A stretch of DNA of 45,138 nt. Source: a virus. Lineage: Duplodnaviria > Caudoviricetes. Of the stretch, positions 6,202-13,244 are shown one piece after another. Where the stretch lies: the IMG/VR virus record IMGVR_UViG_3300037467_000875, positions 1 to 45,138 of that record, one strand, 5' to 3'. The number at the start of each line of letters is the position of its first letter. Position 1 is the stretch's first letter. The translations under genes and the position numbers were made by a program. The notes under the pieces are model-generated. The model was not told where the DNA came from, did not search any database, and worked only from the letters and a program-made list of their open reading frames with translations.

Positions 6202-7022
6202 TATACATCAATCCTTCCGAAGGTGTAACCCGGCCACAGTGAGAGAAGGAGAGGGCCGGGTCCAGGGCCACCTTGGGTAATCACTTTGCCATTGCCAGCG
6301 TAAATAGCTACGTGGCCAGGCCAAAAGACAAGGTCGCCAGGAACTGCATTACCTTCATCAATTGGAGTAGCTTGTGCCTGAAGGGTGACGGATGCCCTGT
6401 ACGGAACATTGGGGTCAATCTTCTTTAGGACAAGCCAAACAAAACCAGAGCAGTCCAGAGAAAGAAGAGACTTTCCGCCATACACGTACGGAATATTCGC
6501 ACCCAAAAAACTTTGAGCTGCCAGGTAAATCCTACTTTGAACCGTCCCCTGGGGAGCCGAGGGCGGGTCAGAAGTGGGAGCAGGCGGTGGATTCGTGACC
6601 TTGGTAGCTGGCGCGGGTTTAGCCGGTGTAGTTGGCTTCCGCGAGGTCGTTTGAGTGCTCGTATTCGGTTGTACGGAAGGCTTTACCTTACCAGGTGAGG
6701 GAGTAGTTGTGGTAGTGGCCTGAGGCGGTGCAGACGAGTGAATCGGTGAAGATGCAGGGTCACTCGGTGTGATTGTAGTCACCGCTGTTGAAGGATAATT
6801 CTCAGATTGAGACGTTTCTGCGCTGGGGACGGGGGTAAGGGAGATATCTTCAGGTATTCCACTAGCCAATTCTGAAGATGGAATCCCGGGGATCTGTTCC
6901 AGCGCATGAGGGTACAGAAAATCAATGGTGAGGGTCGCCGCAGCTCCGTTGAGCAGGATCAGACCCGCTAGAACTCTCGGCGAAACCACCTTGCTTTTCG
7001 CTCGGTGTTTACCTCTCGACAT
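6201..7022 (-). CDS. Secreted/anchored NlpC/P60 peptidoglycan endopeptidase
   Basis: N-terminal GKHR motif plus hydrophobic helix, Pro/Thr linker, PYVYGG..LDCSGFV..PGDLVF..GHVAIY; TAATG coupling to the Rpf gene. Confidence 0.9.
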   Translation of the reverse strand: MSRGKHRAKSKVVSPRVLAGLILLNGAAATLTIDFLYPHALEQIPGIPSSELASGIPEDISLTPVPSAETSQSENYPSTAVTTITPSDPASSPIHSSAPPQATTTTTPSPGKVKPSVQPNTSTQTTSRKPTTPAKPAPATKVTNPPPAPTSDPPSAPQGTVQSRIYLAAQSFLGANIPYVYGGKSLLSLDCSGFVWLVLKKIDPNVPYRASVTLQAQATPIDEGNAVPGDLVFWPGHVAIYAGNGKVITQGGPGPGPLLLSLWPGYTFGRIDV

Positions 7023-7055
7023 TATGAATCCCTAAAGCCTCACTCCCGGCCCCCT

Positions 7056-7064
7056 GTTACTATT
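7056..7064 (+). promoter_or_regulatory. Possible extended -10 promoter for the plus-strand cassette
   Basis: TGtTACTAT in the loop of a GC-rich inverted repeat in the short divergent gap 7023-7089; no clear -35. Confidence 0.3.
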
Positions 7065-7089
7065 GTGGGGGTGGAGCGGGAGGCTCGTT

Positions 7090-7449
7090 GTGGTTTATTC
7101 TGAAATCCTATTAGCGCCGGGTTCTGGAGAGAAGATCTCCTTCACCCTTCGTGACGCTAACAAGCAAGCTATCGACTTCACTATTGGTTATTGGGCTGCT
7201 CGCCTTAGTATTGTACGCTACCCGGGCTGTCTAGAGGGAGCCTTTCATATTACGGGCACCAATAATCAAACGGGTACTGATTCACATTGGCTCACACTTA
7301 GTGACAGCCAAGTTGTGATGATTCCTGACCCTGCTGTTACTTCTGAGTGGAATTTCTCCCGCTACCACTACGATTGCTTCCTGATTGGCCCCAACGTCAC
7401 GGCTCCGCCAATCCGGATAGCGCACGGTCCTTTCCTGATGGACCTGTGA
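7090..7449 (+). CDS. Tail-fibre-associated beta-sandwich-like protein
   Basis: GGGAGG RBS before GTG 7090; F.LRD....IDFT...ARL.I..Y.YD pattern like phage tail adaptor domains. Confidence 0.55.
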   Translation: MVYSEILLAPGSGEKISFTLRDANKQAIDFTIGYWAARLSIVRYPGCLEGAFHITGTNNQTGTDSHWLTLSDSQVVMIPDPAVTSEWNFSRYHYDCFLIGPNVTAPPIRIAHGPFLMDL

Positions 7450-7472
7450 TTTAAAAATAGAGAGGTAAAGAT

Positions 7473-7772
7473 ATGGCAGAGGACCGTCCACTCCGGAATT
7501 GCATTGGGTGTGGCAAGACTGATACCGCCCCACGCGATGCGGTTGCGCTTCCGGATGGCAATGTTGTTTTCTGGCACATGGATTGCCACGTGCTTGCGAC
7601 GGATTGCCCTGTGTGCAAGGCCGTCCTGGATACCGCTGGTGGTTTTGGTAGCCACCTGAAGGATGACGCTCTCGTGGACCACCTCACTGATCCTGAGGTC
7701 CGTGAGCAGCACGAGATTTTCACTACGGATGACGCAGCTGGTTACGCTGCTAAGCTGGCGGAGGGTAAGTAA
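7473..7772 (+). CDS. Small Cys/His-rich hypothetical protein
   Basis: GAGAGG RBS; CxxC, HxDC and CxxC motifs; TAATG coupling to the next gene. Confidence 0.75.
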   Translation: MAEDRPLRNCIGCGKTDTAPRDAVALPDGNVVFWHMDCHVLATDCPVCKAVLDTAGGFGSHLKDDALVDHLTDPEVREQHEIFTTDDAAGYAAKLAEGK

Positions 7773-8167
7773 TGGCTGTTCTTGATACTTCTGAGGCCAA
7801 CCGGCTTCTCGAAGCCATTGTCGGTAAGACTACTTACCCGGCTACTGTTGGCCCGCTGAAGATGCGGCTCAATACCGCTGTCGGTTCGGACTCTGCGGCT
7901 GGTACTGAGGTCACCGCGTCCGGTGGTTACACCGCTGGTGGTCAGGCTGTCACCACGTGGAACGCTGCTGCGTCTCGGCAGATCACCAACTCGTCTGTCG
8001 TTTCGTACACGAACATGCCAGCGGCTACGGTGACGTCGGTTGACTTTTACGACCAGGCGGGCACTCCAGTCCGAAAGCTCTACGGCGCTCTCGGTTCTAA
8101 CAAGGTTGTCGCTGCTGGCGATACGCTCTCGTTCGCCGCGAGTTCTATCACCGTCGGCTTTAGCTAA
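7772..8167 (+). CDS. Small tail-fibre/minor tail protein
   Basis: TEVTASGGY..Q.V.W.AA..ITNS..V...GDTLSF.A.SI.V pattern; resembles 27082-27498. Confidence 0.75.
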   Translation: MAVLDTSEANRLLEAIVGKTTYPATVGPLKMRLNTAVGSDSAAGTEVTASGGYTAGGQAVTTWNAAASRQITNSSVVSYTNMPAATVTSVDFYDQAGTPVRKLYGALGSNKVVAAGDTLSFAASSITVGFS

Positions 8168-8172
8168 TAGTG

Positions 8173-8203
8173 AGGGTGGCCCGTCACCAGCGGGCCACCC
8201 TTC
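8173..8203 (+). terminator. Stem-loop / weak terminator
   Basis: 11-bp stem AGGGTGGCCCG/CGGGCCACCCT after the stop codon, short T tail. Confidence 0.6.
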
Positions 8204-8230
8204 TAATTGAATACTGAGTAAGGGGCCGTA

Positions 8231-10897
8231 GTGGCAATCACGTTTGTTAAGCAGACTCAGGCTTCTGGTTCTGCTACAACGACGCAGACGTTTTCGAATA
8301 CGTCTACCACTGCTGGTAACCTTCTCATTCTGTTTGAGGCAGTTGGTTCTGCAACTACCACTGCCAAGGTTACTAACGTCACCGGCGGAACTGCGGATGC
8401 AAACGGTTGGACGAAGGTAGCCGAATTCATCGGTACCTCGACCCTGAACGGCCTTTACGTATGGATGGCCCGGGTCGGTACCCCTGGTACTGCTAACATC
8501 ACGGTTACCTTCGCTGCCTCTGGCGCGAGTTTCCCACAGCACAACGTCTTTGAGTTCTCGGCTGGCCTCGGTGCGTCTACCCCGTGGACTGTCGATGATG
8601 CTCAGACGAAGTCGAATGCCAGCGCGGCGACTATTGCATTCCCTACTGTCACAGCTACCGGATCTGGTGAGCTGCTTTGGGGTATTGCTTCTGCGAACAC
8701 TGCTTCTGCTAATGGTGCGACGGCAGGTAGCACAACCGGTGGGTACGTCTGGAAAACAGACGCTTTCGCCGATGCCATGGTCTATAACCTGTCGGTTGGA
8801 CCTGGTGCTATTACTCCACCTCCAGCGAACAATACCGCGACTGGTACGTCGAACTCAATTGCGGTTCTGTTTAGTGTCATCACTTCACAGACTTATCAGG
8901 GTACAGCTACTCTCACCATTGTTCCGTCGTTTGACGGTCAAGGTGTCATCACTACTTTCCCAACGAGTAGCATTGTCGGTTCTGCTACTCTCTCGATTTC
9001 GCCTGCTGAAACTCAGGCTGCTCCGACGACGCTGACTGCCTCGGGCACGCTCTCTGTCAGCGGGACACGACAGCAAGCCGCGTCGACCTCGCTCACGACC
9101 ACAGCGACCCTCTCGGCAAGCGCAGTTGATACTAGTTTTGCTACGGAAACGCTCACGGCTACCCCGACACTCTCGGTATCGGGTGTCGTAACGAAGCTGC
9201 CAACCTTCACGGCAACGGCTACGCCAACGCTGTCTGTGAATGGTGTTACCACTAAGTTCGGTAGCTTCACCGGAACTGCTGTACCGACTCTTTCGGTCGC
9301 AGGAACGATGACACAGTACGTCACGGTCACTCTTATTGACCTGGTGACGGAAACGTTGTTCGGTGTAGACACTCAGTTCGGCAGTATTAATCTGAGTGCG
9401 GTACCGACATTCAGTGCGACGTATTCCTACACGGGATTCTCGTCGGTCACTCTGAATGCAGTTCCTATCCTCTCAATGAGTGGGGTGATTACACAGTTCG
9501 GGACGTTCACTGCAACGGCGGTGCCGACCCTTACTGTTAACGGAACTCGGATTCAGTTCGGCACTACGTCTCTGACGATCGTACCCACGTTCGATTTGTC
9601 AGTAGTGACCGTTAGTGTCTCCCCGGTTGCGTTTACTGCTACGCCAACGCTCTCGGTGAGCACGGTCCAAACCAGCTTCGGTACTTTCACTGGGATTGCT
9701 ACTGCTACCTTCAGCAGTGATGCGTATCAGATCCTTGTTGGTACCTTCACGGGGATTGCTACTCCGACACTGAACGTCGTCGGTGTGCCAATCGATTACG
9801 CTACAACGTTGTTGACTGCGATCCCAACTTTGGACGTAGTTGGTATCCCGATTGACTACGCCACAACGGCGCTCACGGCAGTTCCCACGCTCAGTGTGAA
9901 TGCGTACGAGATTCAGTACGGCGTCCTGAGTGTGACTGCGGTTGCGACTCTCGATGTGAATGCGGTAGTGATTAAGCTGCCGACGTTCACTGGCATTGCC
10001 ACAGCAACCTTTGCCCTGACGCAAGCGATCATTGGGGTGGGTGCTACTGTCTTCACGGCGCACCCAACGATCGCGCTGGCGATGACGGGTGATTATCACC
10101 TTACGCTTACGCTCAGTGTCGTTCCGGAGTTGTTTGTCGACATAGACGCAAACGTCTTCGGAACGGTACCGCTGAATGTAGTAACTTATCTTAACCTGAA
10201 TGGGGTACGGGACCAGCCCGGTACTGTAACGATCCTCGCTGACGCCGTTATCGTCGTCGCTGAGCCCCTGAGGACCCTCTTCGGTGTCATCACCCTAGAG
10301 GCATCCGTTGATCTTGTTACAGAGGCAATCAGGACGGCTTTTGGTTCGTCCGATTTGACCATTTTGCCGGTTATCAGCCTGGATGAGGTAGTTACTCAAT
10401 TCCCGGTAGTCAATTTCAACGTGATCACACAGCTTACGATTGCTGCGTTGGGGATTGACTACGGTGATACGACTCTGACGGCCGTTGCTCAGTTCGCAAA
10501 CTCGTTCATCAAGACGTTTACGTTTGCTACGTTCACTGCTCAGCCAACGGCAAGCATTACTGCGGTCTACCAGCAGTTCATTACGCTTACGCTGATCGCT
10601 CAGGCTCAGTATTCTACTGGCTATCTGCGTACTCTCTTCGGTACTGTCAATATGACTGCCGAGGCTTTCCTCAGCATCCCCTACGTGGTGATGCTTTCCT
10701 TCATTCACCTGATTCAGGACCCGGAGATCTTCGTCGAACTCTCGTTTAACGAGGTTCCGTTGCCGATCTCGGTGACCTATGATGGTATGACTCAGGCTTA
10801 CCACAGTGTCGGAGAATGGCAGAGGTCCGACCCATCCTTGGTTAAGGTGAGTCGGACCCCTGGATACGGCGGTTACTCCACTACTCGCTGGGAGTAA
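8231..10897 (+). CDS. Long Thr/Val-rich repeat protein, putative tail fibre/adhesin
   Basis: N-terminal beta domain, then many ~20-aa repeats (T.TA.PTLSV.G); AAGGGG RBS. Confidence 0.75.
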   Translation: MAITFVKQTQASGSATTTQTFSNTSTTAGNLLILFEAVGSATTTAKVTNVTGGTADANGWTKVAEFIGTSTLNGLYVWMARVGTPGTANITVTFAASGASFPQHNVFEFSAGLGASTPWTVDDAQTKSNASAATIAFPTVTATGSGELLWGIASANTASANGATAGSTTGGYVWKTDAFADAMVYNLSVGPGAITPPPANNTATGTSNSIAVLFSVITSQTYQGTATLTIVPSFDGQGVITTFPTSSIVGSATLSISPAETQAAPTTLTASGTLSVSGTRQQAASTSLTTTATLSASAVDTSFATETLTATPTLSVSGVVTKLPTFTATATPTLSVNGVTTKFGSFTGTAVPTLSVAGTMTQYVTVTLIDLVTETLFGVDTQFGSINLSAVPTFSATYSYTGFSSVTLNAVPILSMSGVITQFGTFTATAVPTLTVNGTRIQFGTTSLTIVPTFDLSVVTVSVSPVAFTATPTLSVSTVQTSFGTFTGIATATFSSDAYQILVGTFTGIATPTLNVVGVPIDYATTLLTAIPTLDVVGIPIDYATTALTAVPTLSVNAYEIQYGVLSVTAVATLDVNAVVIKLPTFTGIATATFALTQAIIGVGATVFTAHPTIALAMTGDYHLTLTLSVVPELFVDIDANVFGTVPLNVVTYLNLNGVRDQPGTVTILADAVIVVAEPLRTLFGVITLEASVDLVTEAIRTAFGSSDLTILPVISLDEVVTQFPVVNFNVITQLTIAALGIDYGDTTLTAVAQFANSFIKTFTFATFTAQPTASITAVYQQFITLTLIAQAQYSTGYLRTLFGTVNMTAEAFLSIPYVVMLSFIHLIQDPEIFVELSFNEVPLPISVTYDGMTQAYHSVGEWQRSDPSLVKVSRTPGYGGYSTTRWE

Positions 10898-11936
10898 GCT
10901 TAATCGTGGTGAGCACTTCCAGAACCGCATTCTTAACGATAGCCGCAATCTGAGCCTCATCCCCCAACGGAGTGGGAGCGGCATCAGTAGCGGTCGTGGT
11001 GGTCGCCGAGGTAGCTGCACCGACTGCATCATTCACGATGGTAGTCAGGGCCTCCATACGCTCATTGTTCCGACGCAGGTAATCAACCACCGTCAGAACC
11101 TCGTTGGAACCGCCCTCGAAGGTCGGCCAACCCGTCTTCCCATCCGGGTTAGTCTTCGTGTTCCCCGAGTAGAGCTGAAAGTTCAGGTTCCTCGCAATAG
11201 CGAGAAGTTCCTTCTGCTCGTCGTCAGTCAGTGCCATAAGAAATCCGTCCCGAGAAGTATTAGTAGGTTGAACAGGATTAACAGCAGGAGCAGGGGGATT
11301 AGGAGCAGTGTTTCCAACGAGAGCAGACAGCTCCGATAGCGTTCCCCGGAAGGCATTCGCATCAGTAGTGTGTCCTGCGACTCGTGCGGCGGAAGTGAAC
11401 TGCAATACCGCTACAGAATTTCCCCCGTAGCCATCCCAAAAGTTAGCTGGGACCCGCTGGTAGTTCTGAGAGGCATATCCAACTGTATTGTCCGGATACC
11501 GTGACGACCAGAGCTTTGGCAATCCGTCCAGAGAAGGGGAGCCAATCTGCTTCCAATACCACTGAGGCAGATACAGAAGTGGAACCTTTGCCCCGAGACG
11601 CTGACATTCATTAAGGAATGCCTTCACGTTCTGGATATCGCCACTGCCCTGCTCAACGTCGAGGCATCCTGGGACACCCGCAACCATCAGAGCCTTAGCA
11701 AAAGTCTGAGCCTGTGCGCACGGGTCATCGGTCGTCAGGTAGTGGTACCCGAGAGCGACCATACCGAGCTTCTTGGCCTGCTGGAGCCATGGTACGGAGC
11801 CAACGTACGAAGCGGAAGACTTCCCCTGGGAGAGCTTGCAAATAATAAAGTCAAAGCCCTCCTTGTGGATCTGCTCGATCGAGATACCAGCCTGATATCC
11901 CGGGTGCAGATCGACGCCCCAAAGCGGAGTCGTCAT
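10881..11936 (-). CDS. Endolysin, GH25 muramidase with C-terminal putative wall-binding region
   Basis: WGVD.., KLSQG, GYHY, LDVE, QFTS and DANAF motifs; linker; C-terminal ALTDDEQKELL..GWPT..LTVVD. Confidence 0.9.
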   Translation of the reverse strand: MTTPLWGVDLHPGYQAGISIEQIHKEGFDFIICKLSQGKSSASYVGSVPWLQQAKKLGMVALGYHYLTTDDPCAQAQTFAKALMVAGVPGCLDVEQGSGDIQNVKAFLNECQRLGAKVPLLYLPQWYWKQIGSPSLDGLPKLWSSRYPDNTVGYASQNYQRVPANFWDGYGGNSVAVLQFTSAARVAGHTTDANAFRGTLSELSALVGNTAPNPPAPAVNPVQPTNTSRDGFLMALTDDEQKELLAIARNLNFQLYSGNTKTNPDGKTGWPTFEGGSNEVLTVVDYLRRNNERMEALTTIVNDAVGAATSATTTTATDAAPTPLGDEAQIAAIVKNAVLEVLTTIKLTPSE

Positions 11937-11939
11937 CGG

Positions 11940-12164
11940 CTACTCCCCTGCGACACCGGCGGGAGGCACGTAGTGGTCGCCTTCCTGGCCGTGGTTTTCC
12001 TGGGACCCCGGAAGGAACGTGGACTCATCGTTCCTGTTAAAACCACGTTCCTGAGCTGCGAAATCCAAGTTATCCTCATTGTCATTATCAGAGGAATTGA
12101 AATCGCCACGAGACACAAGATCGTGATTTGGGTCATCGTCTGGCAAACGCTTGCCAATTCCCAT
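11940..12164 (-). CDS. Small acidic hypothetical protein
   Basis: GGAG RBS before ATG 12164 (MGIGKRLPDD); ends 3 bp before the lysin start. Confidence 0.65.
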   Translation of the reverse strand: MGIGKRLPDDDPNHDLVSRGDFNSSDNDNEDNLDFAAQERGFNRNDESTFLPGSQENHGQEGDHYVPPAGVAGE

Positions 12165-12190
12165 CGAGACTCCAAACACAGTATAAACGC

Positions 12191-12221
12191 AGAAAGGGGA
12201 CCAACCCAAAGGTCGGTCCCC
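12191..12221 (-). terminator. Intrinsic terminator ending the replication module
   Basis: GGGGACC.ACC-loop-GGT.GGTCCCC then TTTCT on the minus strand; a TATACT -10 box follows at 12180-12185. Confidence 0.7.
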
Positions 12222-12246
12222 ATTCTACCCTGCGTCGCGGTCAGGT

Positions 12247-12648
12247 CTAGTTGGCGGATTGATTGGGTACAATCCCAAACTCCGCCATCACTGCCCCAAT
12301 GTGCTGCGGAGCCTCCGCAACAACGGTAGCGAACTCCAACAGGAATGCGTGATTGTTATCCTGAGTGCAGCCAGAGGTGAAACACTCCAACAGAGAGTCT
12401 AGAACAGTGTTGCAAATGTGCGCCATGTCGTTGTAGATCGTCTGACCGGTAGCGATGTTCACCTTGTCGAACACCTCAACCGCAATGTCAAGCTGGTCAT
12501 CGAAACCCTGACCGAAATACTTCGGTCGGATCTGGTCCCGAGTGACCTTCCGGCAGTAGTCCAGACAGACCTTGGCAAAGTTGTACGAAGCCGGGTCAGA
12601 CAGAGCGTTCTGAAGTTGAGCGCGAATAGCGGGAGAGACCTCAATCAT
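12247..12648 (-). CDS. Hypothetical protein
   Basis: GGAAGGA RBS before ATG 12648 (MIEVSPAIRA), directly after the resolvase stop. Confidence 0.7.
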   Translation of the reverse strand: MIEVSPAIRAQLQNALSDPASYNFAKVCLDYCRKVTRDQIRPKYFGQGFDDQLDIAVEVFDKVNIATGQTIYNDMAHICNTVLDSLLECFTSGCTQDNNHAFLLEFATVVAEAPQHIGAVMAEFGIVPNQSAN

Positions 12649-12653
12649 TAGAA

Positions 12654-13244
12654 CTAGTCCTTCCAAGTATCCGTGAGGGGAGAGTAAATCTTCAGTTCCT
12701 TGACGATGTAGCAAACAGCCTGTCGTACTGCGTCGTTCATGTGACGCTTGGGAGTCTTGGGAGTCTGGAACCAACCGAGCTTTTCAAGCTTTAGGTCTGT
12801 AGCGAATCCCTTTCCCTCAGAAGACATGTAACTCTTCATCGGAATCTCGTACTGCTGTGAAAACATCTTTATGATTCCGATGTACTCACAGGATACCAGC
12901 TCAACCTTCGCCTTGCCAAACGACCCGTCGGTTGCGTGCTGTCGGAACGTGAAGGCTTCCGTAACAAGGTGAGAATCTATAAGATTCTCCTGACATTCTC
13001 CGTACCATTTCTCTAAGAGAGTACAGAGATCTGCGTGGTGCTCTTGTGGTCCAAGCTGACCAACCATGATACCAAAAGAATCAAGAGCGAGTTCGTTTGA
13101 CATTGCCGGTTGAGATACTGAAATTTCACACCAACCGGTTGTCCCACCGGGGTCGAATGCGAGCAAAGAGAAAGGCTCGATCAGGCGAGGCTCAGACCTC
13201 CGCCCAGTTGTTACCAATCTTCTGGTCGGTGTCGAATCGGACAT
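12654..13244 (-). CDS. RuvC-like Holliday junction resolvase
   Basis: LAFDPGGTTGW, VTEAF and HMNDAVR RNase H-fold acidic motifs; downstream of the polymerase. Confidence 0.8.
   Translation of the reverse strand: MSDSTPTRRLVTTGRRSEPRLIEPFSLLAFDPGGTTGWCEISVSQPAMSNELALDSFGIMVGQLGPQEHHADLCTLLEKWYGECQENLIDSHLVTEAFTFRQHATDGSFGKAKVELVSCEYIGIIKMFSQQYEIPMKSYMSSEGKGFATDLKLEKLGWFQTPKTPKRHMNDAVRQAVCYIVKELKIYSPLTDTWKD

Noticed and set aside
7023-7089. c-di-AMP riboswitch upstream of the NlpC/P60-Rpf operon
   Set aside because: The gap is only 67 bp and lacks the ydaO-type motifs
7023-10897. Recombinase-driven invertible segment
   Set aside because: No matching inverted repeats found at the two ends and no invertase in the window
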